This document shows positions 1-8,643 of a stretch of 57,748 nucleotides of DNA, in pieces. This DNA comes from a virus (Duplodnaviria > Caudoviricetes): the IMG/VR virus record IMGVR_UViG_3300042332_001032, positions 1 through 57,748 of that record, one strand, 5' to 3'. The notes under the pieces were generated by a model. It saw only the letters and a list, made by a program, of their open reading frames with translations. It was not told the origin of the DNA and searched no databases. The translations under genes were made by a program, and so were the position numbers. The stretch's first letter is position 1. The number at the start of each line of letters is the position of its first letter.

Positions 1-191
1 TACTTGGTATCAGCATCCAAAAGGAAGACGGAGTCTTCCTTGCTACGCCACTGAAAGGTCTTTTCATTATTTGTTTTAGATCTATTTCCATTAAAGGGGT
101 TATTTTTATTTATCTTTTTTATTTATCTTTTGCAAGGCTGAGTTTCATCTGAGTGACTAAAGATCACTCAGCTTTCACTCAGTCCTGAAAT
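1..191 (-). mobile_element. Non-autonomous IS200/IS605-derived element A (5' part; truncated by window start)
   Basis: Reverse strand reads TTAC|ATTTCAGGACTGAGTG-AAAG-hairpin(CTGAGTGATCTTTAGTCACTCAG), near-identical to copies at 43848, 46120, 55175, 57579. Confidence 0.9.
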
Positions 192-274
192 GTAAGACCT
201 GGAGGTATAATAAGATCGCTTATATCTTTTGCATCTTTTTCAGTGTACGGTCTTCTATTGAATATATTTGACAT
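179..274 (-). pseudogene. 5' fragment of a gene interrupted by element A (MSNIFNRRPYTEKDAKDISDLIIPPGLT|FQD*)
   Basis: ATG overlaps the TAA of the upstream ORF (TAATG); the frame is open up to the TTAC junction and stops inside the element. Confidence 0.6.
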
Positions 275-630
275 TAGAAAGTACCTCCATCGAGATTAAA
301 CATATTAACCTTATCTGTACTTGCAGGTATAGTAAACGTTATTTGCTCAGTTGGATTATTCATAGTGAACATACTAAACGCGTCAGTGGTTAGGTCACTA
401 TCAATTACTTCTCTCCTGAGTAATAGGCTTCCGGAGTTAGTATTAATAAAGGTAGTGAGATCCTTGACATTAATAGTGCGTAATGCTTTTTGTATTTCGT
501 CTACATGGGTAGCAGTGAAGGGTATAGATGGTGGCTGGGGCACGAAGTCTAGAATTGGCGGTGGTACGTAATGAGCATCATTTGAAACACCACCGTAACC
601 TCCATAAGCTCCTGAGTAATTTTTACTCAT
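274..630 (-). CDS. Hypothetical virion protein, paralogous to the gp14 C-terminal extension
   Basis: 118 aa; PP..FTATH and terminal FNLDGGTF motifs shared with the gp14 extension. Confidence 0.7.
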   Translation of the reverse strand: MSKNYSGAYGGYGGVSNDAHYVPPPILDFVPQPPSIPFTATHVDEIQKALRTINVKDLTTFINTNSGSLLLRREVIDSDLTTDAFSMFTMNNPTEQITFTIPASTDKVNMFNLDGGTF

Positions 631-632
631 AA

Positions 633-696
633 CTAAAATTTTCCTCCATCTAAATTAAACAGATCATAATTACTGTCTTTTTTAATTTGCACGATA
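633..696 (-). pseudogene. Orphaned 3' end of gp14 (FIVQIKKDSNYDLFNLDGGKF*)
   Basis: Start-less frame just beyond the 419-bp cassette; aligns with the C-terminus of ORF 274..630. Confidence 0.65.
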
Positions 697-1112
697 AAAT
701 AAAAATTCAATCTAATCGAATGTTGCCATTCTAAATGAATCTAAAGCAAAATTAACTTTAGAATTCTTAGATTTGAATTTTCTGAAAACTGTTTCTTTCG
801 GAACAGAAACTCTATATTTCACTTTAAAGTTTTTTAACCAAGAATGTAACTCTTTCCAATCTTTGACTTCTGGTACTTCGGTTTGCTTCCATAGCTCCTC
901 TAAGTACGTTTTCGAAGGCAATTCTGGATAGAATTGTTTGTTTTTGGTTATTATCAACCTAAAACCTCTTTGTGCTATTTCGGCACTAGAAGCTAAAGGA
1001 TCTGGTAAATCTTTATGTAGAATATTTCCTATTGTAGAAGAATAAAATTGTTGATTTTTCATATAAGTTATTTATACGAATTTGTATTCAAATCAACATT
1101 CAGAAAATAATA
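694..1112 (-). mobile_element. 419-bp duplicated cassette, copy 1 (late promoter + 116-aa ORF)
   Basis: Near-identical to 23266..23684 with unrelated flanks. Confidence 0.75.
712..1062 (-). CDS. Hypothetical protein of the duplicated cassette
   Basis: 116 aa, preceded by TATAAATA; 3 substitutions versus copy 2. Confidence 0.8.
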   Translation of the reverse strand: MKNQQFYSSTIGNILHKDLPDPLASSAEIAQRGFRLIITKNKQFYPELPSKTYLEELWKQTEVPEVKDWKELHSWLKNFKVKYRVSVPKETVFRKFKSKNSKVNFALDSFRMATFD

Positions 1113-2020
1113 TCATCCTCTTCGTTTTCTTTAGTTTCAAGAGCAAATGTCTTAGATTCTTCATCAGTTTCGACAACCGTACTTGTCATTATGTTACCCA
1201 CATTTTGACCGAGGAAGAGGCTAGATGTATTATTTGAAGTTAGGATATTAGTTAATGTAGTATTGTGAGTAGCTGTAAAGGTCGAACTTGCTGGATACGG
1301 ATTACCGGGAGGTGGCTGCGGAGGTATAAAATGCCCTGCCATATTATTGCCATCAGTATCTTGATCGCTGTCGTAATAGTCGTATATACACTTCGCACTA
1401 TTATCTGCACTATCAGGGTACGGTTGAAATAGTTTTTCAGGGTTCTCACCACCAGATAAACGCCCGTAATCCCCGCCATCGTTAATCTGTATATTATTAG
1501 GTTCTGCATGCATACCAGGTTCGTATGAGTACTCCCAACGCTTACATTTTATATACCACACATAATGACCCATTAACGTATTCGTGAGCTCTAAATGCTG
1601 ATCATCGCGCTCTGTTATCTCATATATAGGAGCACCTCTAAACCCAGGTCTATCACCGTATCCACCAAATTCATGCATTTCAATAAGATCCCCGGCTTTA
1701 GGCTCTCTACCTGGACCGAGAGATTCAGAAAATGAAGATATATGCACGACTGCAGTCATGTCGCAATCAGCCATTATACCGAATTTTGAAAGCATTATAG
1801 AGTCATTTGTTATGTTTGTGAGCATTATCATCTCACCCACACTTTCAAAAGCCGACGTAGGGTCTTCTCCGTATATAAAATTATGACTAGTTAAGGTATA
1901 ACCGTTCGTGTAATATCTTATACTTGTACCAAAGTGCTCTATTTGCTCCCTCCACCACAAGCTAAAGTTGTTACGCTCATTTGCGTTTACATCTTTATTA
2001 AGATAACGTACCTTATTCAT
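1100..2020 (-). CDS. gp14: Neck protein gp14-like with C-terminal extension (truncated by cassette)
   Basis: Motifs IYGEDP, LSKFGI, PKAGDLI, CKRWEYSYE typical of T4-like gp14. Confidence 0.8.
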   Translation of the reverse strand: MNKVRYLNKDVNANERNNFSLWWREQIEHFGTSIRYYTNGYTLTSHNFIYGEDPTSAFESVGEMIMLTNITNDSIMLSKFGIMADCDMTAVVHISSFSESLGPGREPKAGDLIEMHEFGGYGDRPGFRGAPIYEITERDDQHLELTNTLMGHYVWYIKCKRWEYSYEPGMHAEPNNIQINDGGDYGRLSGGENPEKLFQPYPDSADNSAKCIYDYYDSDQDTDGNNMAGHFIPPQPPPGNPYPASSTFTATHNTTLTNILTSNNTSSLFLGQNVGNIMTSTVVETDEESKTFALETKENEEDDIIF

Positions 2021-2021
2021 G

Positions 2022-2504
2022 TTAATTTCCGAGATGCTTTGGTTTTTTAATCCATTTATTATAATACGGATGAAACACGTATTTATTTTTATCGAAATTT
2101 AATCTATTAACTGTTAATTGATAGTTAATAAAATGATTTGAATCTGTTAATTTTCTCTTATTAAGAGCTACTGTTGCGTTAATAAGACGTTCTTTTAATA
2201 CATCTTGTAAATTAGCTGTATTTAATTGCACTATGATATCAACAGTGCAATTACTTTCTGCATGTGGTAGTAGTACAGAGTCTACTATAGCGTAATCGAG
2301 TATTCTTGTATTCGTACCTATAGCTTCAATATCATTTAAATACTGTATGTCCCTCAATATATGCGTTCTCGCAGCAGGTAGTAGCTCAGGATCTCTGCTA
2401 TCTTCAAAAAATATAAAAACCCTAGGGTCAAGACTATTATCAGCAATAGGAATATGATGATATTTTAAATAGTTTTCTGTAAATATTTTTTCAAAGCGTT
2501 TCAC
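2022..2504 (-). CDS. Hypothetical protein
   Basis: ORF; start moved to the GTG after a TAAATA motif because the upstream part overlaps a terminator. Confidence 0.65.
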   Translation of the reverse strand: MKRFEKIFTENYLKYHHIPIADNSLDPRVFIFFEDSRDPELLPAARTHILRDIQYLNDIEAIGTNTRILDYAIVDSVLLPHAESNCTVDIIVQLNTANLQDVLKERLINATVALNKRKLTDSNHFINYQLTVNRLNFDKNKYVFHPYYNKWIKKPKHLGN

Positions 2505-2537
2505 TATAATATTTAAGCTCGTGTAATCTCTTTTTAC

Positions 2538-2574
2538 AAAAAAAAAAGCCTCATAACAAATATGAGGCTTTTTT
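2538..2574. terminator. Bidirectional intrinsic terminator
   Basis: A-tract GCCTCATA-loop-TATGAGGC T-tract. Confidence 0.85.
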
Positions 2575-2598
2575 AATATCAATATACTATTTCTTTAT

Positions 2599-2898
2599 GT
2601 GAACTACCGAACGACTAAAGATCGTTCGGCTTCAGAACATAAATGTTCTTTCTTTTTAGACACTTCATCGCTTGTGCTTTTAAATGAATTTAAAAGTCTT
2701 ATTTTAGCTCCATGTCTGTAATCGGCAGTTCCTGCCGATGAAACTCCGAAGTAGTTTCTTTGTGCCTTTGATTTACTTGGTATCAGCATCCAAAAGGAAG
2801 ACGGAGTCTTCCTTGCTACGCCACTGAAAGGTCTTTTTATTATTTGTTTTAGATCTATTTCCATTGAAGGGGTTATTTTTATTTATCTTTTTTATTTA
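2599..2898 (-). mobile_element. Non-autonomous element B: omegaRNA + right end, left end deleted
   Basis: Ends in GAAG-hairpin-TAGTTCAC; similarity to other copies stops at TAAATAAAAAAGATAAAT. Confidence 0.88.
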
Positions 2899-3686
2899 AA
2901 AAATTCACCAGGTTTAATGTCTGAAGTTTTAACTTTTAGATTCTTTGTATTTTGTAGTTCTGTATGACTCACATTTAATTTTTTAAGCTCTGGTTCGGCT
3001 TTACGTTTAATGTATTGACCGAGAGCGCTTTTTGGTTTTAAGTTACTTTTAACGACGTATTTCTGCTTCGTGTTAAAACCTGTACCTGATTTCATATTCT
3101 TCAACGGTACACCGTGATCTTCAACAGATTCTTTAACTTTATTTTCCGGTGCTTCTTCATTCCCCATTTCACCTTCAGTTGATTCTTCTTCAACCTCATC
3201 TTCTTCCTCAGTCGATTCTTCCCCTTCAGTTCCCTGAGCGTCATCTATTTTATTAAGAATATCGTTAAGAGAATCTACTACGCTACGTAAATCAGAAACT
3301 AGATCTGAAACTTCATCTTGCGTATTTTCAATTTCATCAGTCATCTCGTCTCCAGATGTAGGTACTTGAAAGTCCATATTGACGTTATTTGTAGGTTTAG
3401 CACCTTGTAGTTCCTCGTCTTCAAGGAGCGTAGATCTAAAGAGTGCTTCAAACGAATTAAAAGAGTCTGTTGTAAATTTCTTTTTATCTGTCGGGGTATG
3501 ACGTAGTTTAGCTTTTGAAGGACCGTCTCCTACAAGCTTCTTATCTTTACCGTTACCGATATCGAATTTTTTTGCTACGACGTTGTCTTTAGAGTGAGTT
3601 ACTTTCTTAGTAGCTTCTCCTCTTTTTTTGCCTTCCGAAAGAAGGATATCTTCATACGCGTTTGTTAGGTTAGAATTATTATTCAT
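2892..3686 (-). CDS. Hypothetical acidic/lysine-rich late protein (possible internal head protein)
   Basis: 264 aa; TATAAATA upstream; low complexity. Confidence 0.75.
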   Translation of the reverse strand: MNNNSNLTNAYEDILLSEGKKRGEATKKVTHSKDNVVAKKFDIGNGKDKKLVGDGPSKAKLRHTPTDKKKFTTDSFNSFEALFRSTLLEDEELQGAKPTNNVNMDFQVPTSGDEMTDEIENTQDEVSDLVSDLRSVVDSLNDILNKIDDAQGTEGEESTEEEDEVEEESTEGEMGNEEAPENKVKESVEDHGVPLKNMKSGTGFNTKQKYVVKSNLKPKSALGQYIKRKAEPELKKLNVSHTELQNTKNLKVKTSDIKPGEFFK

Positions 3687-3725
3687 AAAAGTTTCTATTT
3701 ATATTTATACTATCTCGTGGTTTTT

Positions 3726-5132
3726 TCACATCGTTTCCTTAAAAAACATTCCTGTAGTAGCAGCTCGAGAAAACCCGCTTTGACAAACAGGGGATATTAT
3801 TAAAGCTTTTTGTTCATTATACGGAGCAATCAGTATTTTACCGTTTTCGAGTACAGTGCCGCCAGCGTATTTAAAACTCGCACTACCGATAGTGGTTGAA
3901 AACAGTGTCGAATCTGATATAGGATCGTAGAACGCTACCTTCTGATAACCAAAAGGTGGCATACATACTCTACCATCTGGCATTAATATACCTGATCTAT
4001 ATTTTGATGGCCCTGCTGGATAAACACCACCTGCAACTGTAAAGCTATCTGTACCTGGGTTGTATATATAAGCTGAATTAGCGTTATACGGTACAAAAAA
4101 TACTCTACCATCAGATAGCATTACAGAGCCGCTAAAATCCTGATTACCGCTAAACGTAGTACCTAAACCAGCAAACACCAAATTGTACGGCGGATCTACA
4201 TAAACTTTTAATGCGAATAGTGAATTGTGTGGTGTTAAAAGTACATACGAACCATCAAGAGAGAGCTGTCCGCTATAGAAACTTTTCTTGTTTGGTGTTG
4301 TAAATTCCGCTCCCATTATTTCTTGCACAGTATCTGTAACAGGGTTGTATATAAGTGTACCGTCATTACGCTCATATGGTATAAGCATTATATTACCATC
4401 TTTTAAAAGAACACCTCCGTTATACGGTTGCGATAGACCTGGTTTTGATAAATTTATACTAGATCTAAAAAGATTATTCGTACCCGGAGTCCATATGTAT
4501 ATATAATTGTTTATACCAGGTAATAAGCATACTCTACCATCTGGTAACAAGCAACCATCTGCAAATCCCGATGAAAGCGGCACATCTGTAAATGAAAATG
4601 AATCTGTTACAGGGTCATATATTACCCCGTAAGTATACGAATGTGGTACAAAGAGAACTCTTCCGTCCCCTAATGTAACTACCCCGCAATGAAATGTAGT
4701 TGCTAGAGAAAACGATACTGTAAATCTCTGTAGATATGTTTCTGACCCTATAATAGGTGGGTTTTGATAAACTACACTTTGTATGTAGCGTAAAAAGTCA
4801 CTAGATTTTTTAACCTGCTGAGAAACATTATCTGGAGCAATTTCTTTATACAGCTGTTTATTATTGCTACCTATATGCCACAACGGACAGTATATTTCTG
4901 ATACATTAACTATGCCGCTTGTCGGGGCAACCGCTATACCACCGGTTACCTGACCGGTTAAAGTCGAATATACTCCACCACTACTCACGCTAGCAGCTTT
5001 ATTTTTAACAGTACACGCTGCATTATCTAGAGTATTGAAATTATCATTTATAGTGTTTAATGAATCTCCTATAATTTCATTCTCATCGATTAATTTAATT
5101 GTAATATCGCAATTTTTCATAACACTATACAA
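3726..5132 (-). CDS. Beta-propeller (kelch-like) repeat protein, putative receptor-binding protein
   Basis: Repeats G.LL.DGR.F..P.....IY.P; N-terminal IGDSL..IN.NF..L motif. Confidence 0.75.
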   Translation of the reverse strand: MYSVMKNCDITIKLIDENEIIGDSLNTINDNFNTLDNAACTVKNKAASVSSGGVYSTLTGQVTGGIAVAPTSGIVNVSEIYCPLWHIGSNNKQLYKEIAPDNVSQQVKKSSDFLRYIQSVVYQNPPIIGSETYLQRFTVSFSLATTFHCGVVTLGDGRVLFVPHSYTYGVIYDPVTDSFSFTDVPLSSGFADGCLLPDGRVCLLPGINNYIYIWTPGTNNLFRSSINLSKPGLSQPYNGGVLLKDGNIMLIPYERNDGTLIYNPVTDTVQEIMGAEFTTPNKKSFYSGQLSLDGSYVLLTPHNSLFALKVYVDPPYNLVFAGLGTTFSGNQDFSGSVMLSDGRVFFVPYNANSAYIYNPGTDSFTVAGGVYPAGPSKYRSGILMPDGRVCMPPFGYQKVAFYDPISDSTLFSTTIGSASFKYAGGTVLENGKILIAPYNEQKALIISPVCQSGFSRAATTGMFFKETM

Positions 5133-6501
5133 ATAGACCCGTTAAAAAATTCATCGAAAAATTACTCTGATGAAAGTATTTTAAATATTTAGCATTTTTA
5201 TTATCTCTTGGTGCAAAAAATACATCCCCGTTTTTAAGTACTATACCGTTTGAGTGAGACACTCCAGATCCGAGCTTGAGACCTGTATCGTGTAGTGCGT
5301 CTTCACGTGGATCGTAAATTTTTATAGTATTACCGTTAATTGGAGTTATGAGTACTCTACCGTCTGTTAATAAACAACCACCACAGCTCGTACCACCTAT
5401 AGGGTATACTCCAGAAGGTATAGTAAATGTATTAGTACTCGGATCGTAAATAGCTGCTTTACTGTTATTTGAAGGTACGCAAAATATTCTGCCATCGTCA
5501 AGCATTACACCACCTGAAAATCCACCACCATTAGGGAAGCTATATGTTAAAACGTAACTCAGTAACCTCGTATTAAAGTTGTATAAAGCGGCTGATGCAT
5601 GTCCTTGTGGCACTAGAAAAACATTACCGTTAGGTAATAGCACTCCGTCAGAAAACGAATTAACAACACCAGGATATATATTCGGAGACGTTGTATTTGC
5701 TCCTGTTTTAATATTGTAAGTTCTATCTATTAAACTATTATAAGGTACGTGGTATATGCTACCATTCGGTAATAATACCCCTTTTGAAAATCCTTTAGGT
5801 GTTAAATAATTACCAGCACTTAATTCCGTAGATAAGGTATGAGTACCTGGAGTATAAACTCTTGCGTAAATTGTATTATATGGAACAAAAAACACTCTAC
5901 CGTCAGGTAGTAGTATGGTACCGGAAAACGCTTCTATAACGTTTGGGTAACCGATACCAGCTGGAATTGGTGGCTTGTAAGCTGTACCCGTTTTTATATC
6001 GTATATAAGAGCATCTGTTAGTAAATTAGGACCGAGAAATATTCTATCATCTGGTAACAGCATACTACCGCAGAATTTATCAGTTTGGTTACCAAAATCG
6101 TAAGGCAGAGTTATTAAGCTCTCACAACCCGGTAAAGGTATATTACGCTCTGTTGTATCGCTTACGTGCTTTAAAAGATTGTTAAATTCTGCATACTGAG
6201 TAGATATATTATTACCTGGAATTTCATCATAAAGCATCTTACTAGTAACACCTGTCTGCCATTTAGGGCAAGTGTTTAAATCAATAGTAAACGTACCAGT
6301 TCCGTTACTAGATGCAGGTTGTAACGTAATTCCGTTACCAGGTATAACTCTACTGACTTTATTACCCAGCGTACCACTAAAAAAAGCAGATACGGTACAT
6401 AATGCTGTATCAAGGTTTAAAAAATTATCATTTATAACTTTACGTGACTCTGACAAGCACTGTTTACTATTTATCTGGGTTGTTAAATTACAAGAACTCA
6501 T
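5125..6501 (-). CDS. Beta-propeller repeat protein, paralog 2
   Basis: Same repeat and N-terminal motif. Confidence 0.75.
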   Translation of the reverse strand: MSSCNLTTQINSKQCLSESRKVINDNFLNLDTALCTVSAFFSGTLGNKVSRVIPGNGITLQPASSNGTGTFTIDLNTCPKWQTGVTSKMLYDEIPGNNISTQYAEFNNLLKHVSDTTERNIPLPGCESLITLPYDFGNQTDKFCGSMLLPDDRIFLGPNLLTDALIYDIKTGTAYKPPIPAGIGYPNVIEAFSGTILLPDGRVFFVPYNTIYARVYTPGTHTLSTELSAGNYLTPKGFSKGVLLPNGSIYHVPYNSLIDRTYNIKTGANTTSPNIYPGVVNSFSDGVLLPNGNVFLVPQGHASAALYNFNTRLLSYVLTYSFPNGGGFSGGVMLDDGRIFCVPSNNSKAAIYDPSTNTFTIPSGVYPIGGTSCGGCLLTDGRVLITPINGNTIKIYDPREDALHDTGLKLGSGVSHSNGIVLKNGDVFFAPRDNKNAKYLKYFHQSNFSMNFLTGLFV

Positions 6502-7865
6502 TATAGCTTATTAAATAGAGGATTCGTGATTGTGTTGGACGAGAAACCGTTATTATATGGTACAGATATTAACATACCGGATGTGCTGTTTCTCGGGTAC
6601 AACATTAGTCTATTGTTAACTGTAAGCGAGGAACCATAGTAATCTGATGCATTTATGTTTATATTAACGTCTTCGAGTGTATTATTAAAAGGATTATATA
6701 TGCCAGGAAACCCGGTATTAGCTGGCATAAGAAACACTCTGCCATCTGGAAGAAGAGTACCTGTTTCGTATGCCCCGCTGCCAGGGAATATATTACCTGT
6801 TGATGTTATAGCATCTGTAGCTGGATTGTAAATAGCAGCATATGTTGAATTATACGGTACACAGAATACGTTTCCATTTGATAATGTAACTGCGCCGCGG
6901 AACGCATCCCCTCCTGGTGCAGTATTGTTAACTGCAACCATGGCTGTGTTAGCAGCATTTAAAACCCAATAAGTAGTTGTATCGTTAGGTACAAAAAATA
7001 CTTTACGGTTATACGTTAAACAGCATCCATAAAATGATTTTAATGTATAAACAGCTCCTGCTCCAGTTGTTATAGGTATAGATGCTTGGGTGTTTGTTAC
7101 AGGGTTATATATAGCAACAGAGTTTGTATTGTATGGGCAAAGTAACACTCTACCATCTACGAGAAGCGTACCACCTAAATATGCCTGAGAGCCTGGATAG
7201 GTACCACCAGCGTTTGTTGTAAACCAATTTGCAGATTGTAATTCATAAGGTGTATAGATAACAGCACTTGTAGAATTATGCGGTATACAAAAAACTCTTC
7301 CATCAGCCATTAACACGCTACCCCAAAAGCTACTGGATGTAGTAGACGGAAACCCGACAAGTGGTGAGACACTCTCTGTAACACTATCATATATGTAAGA
7401 TGTCGTGTTATTTGTTGTACTAGGAAAAAATATTCTTCCGTCGTGTAAGTTTATACCGCCTCTAAAATAGTTACCTGTAGGAAAACCGTTAACTGTGTTA
7501 GTTACAAAAGATGCCTGTTCTTTTAAAATAAAATTCGACTGTACTACATCTGATAGATATTTTAAAAAACTAGTATCTTTACTAATAATTTCTGTTACTC
7601 TATTGGTACTTGTTTCATTATTAAGCGATTTTCTAGTACCGCCTACATGCCACACCGGTGGCATACTTTTAGAGAGTACGCTACCTGTAACGTTAATACC
7701 TGAACCCCCGAAAATATTATTAACACCAAAACTACTAACACCTCTTAGATAACCACTTAAGGTACAACTAACTGTTTTTAATTTAACAAAATTATCATTA
7801 ATCTTATCGAGAGAATCTCCGATAAAATCCGTAGCATTTATAGATTCTGTAAAACAAGTTGCCAT
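6501..7865 (-). CDS. Beta-propeller repeat protein, paralog 3
   Basis: Same repeat and N-terminal motif. Confidence 0.75.
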   Translation of the reverse strand: MATCFTESINATDFIGDSLDKINDNFVKLKTVSCTLSGYLRGVSSFGVNNIFGGSGINVTGSVLSKSMPPVWHVGGTRKSLNNETSTNRVTEIISKDTSFLKYLSDVVQSNFILKEQASFVTNTVNGFPTGNYFRGGINLHDGRIFFPSTTNNTTSYIYDSVTESVSPLVGFPSTTSSSFWGSVLMADGRVFCIPHNSTSAVIYTPYELQSANWFTTNAGGTYPGSQAYLGGTLLVDGRVLLCPYNTNSVAIYNPVTNTQASIPITTGAGAVYTLKSFYGCCLTYNRKVFFVPNDTTTYWVLNAANTAMVAVNNTAPGGDAFRGAVTLSNGNVFCVPYNSTYAAIYNPATDAITSTGNIFPGSGAYETGTLLPDGRVFLMPANTGFPGIYNPFNNTLEDVNININASDYYGSSLTVNNRLMLYPRNSTSGMLISVPYNNGFSSNTITNPLFNKL

Positions 7866-7867
7866 TA

Positions 7868-8626
7868 TTATTTGTAACGCATTATGTACGCTAGAGCCAT
7901 ATAAGGAGGTCTGTTTTCATGTGGTAAGCTGCCACCTTCATTGTTAATTGTAATATCAGTTGTTGCTCGATCAATAGAAAGTGTGTGACTGTGTTTTCCG
8001 TCAGTTTGTGTTTCACCCTCTCTTTTTCCACCACCATCATTTTGCCAGCCATCATCGCTTCCAGCAGTATCGCTATCTTCCCACGTACCTGTAGGAGGCT
8101 TAAACTTGTGAGAGTGTTCACTATCTGTAGAACTAGCTGACCCTGTATGACTATGACCTTGCCCGCCATTAGGCTCAGTAATACCGTGAGTATGTATAGG
8201 CATTTCTGGTATTGTTAGTTTTACAGAACTAAAGGCAAGTGAAGCAGTACTATTATATAAAGGCCCGAACTCTCTGTGTACATATGTTCCACCAGAACCA
8301 ACGACAAAGCGATCTCTTAGATCTGGTGTACCGTTGTTACCGTTACATAAGTGATAGGCACGGAGATCTATACCTTGCACTATATTTTGTTTACCTTTAC
8401 CGTCCAGTTCAAAATTAACTCCACCTAATACAATATCTCCGTAAAAATTTATAACCCCGTACAACGGTATAAGGAATTGTAATTGCTCGATAATTCCTTC
8501 TTGACCAGTTTCAAGAGAACAAACATAATTTTTCATGTTTGTAAAATTGTCGTTTATTATAGGTAATGAATTACCTATACATTCCTCTCTACTAATTTCT
8601 GTTATATTTGAAAGACATGCTGCCAT
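7868..8626 (-). CDS. Tail collar-domain fibre/baseplate protein
   Basis: LCNGNNGTPDLRDRFVVG, LTIPEMP.H.H, HSH repeats, HENRPPYMALAYIM. Confidence 0.85.
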   Translation of the reverse strand: MAACLSNITEISREECIGNSLPIINDNFTNMKNYVCSLETGQEGIIEQLQFLIPLYGVINFYGDIVLGGVNFELDGKGKQNIVQGIDLRAYHLCNGNNGTPDLRDRFVVGSGGTYVHREFGPLYNSTASLAFSSVKLTIPEMPIHTHGITEPNGGQGHSHTGSASSTDSEHSHKFKPPTGTWEDSDTAGSDDGWQNDGGGKREGETQTDGKHSHTLSIDRATTDITINNEGGSLPHENRPPYMALAYIMRYK

Positions 8627-8643
8627 ATTATTTTATTATTTAA

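Noticed and set aside
2604-2864. 86-aa ORF in elements B and C (and ORFs 46288-46494 and the 5' part of 55351-55731)
   Set aside because: The frame is broken in D and E; its 3' half is just the tnpB tail frame overlapping the omegaRNA, so conservation is best explained at RNA level
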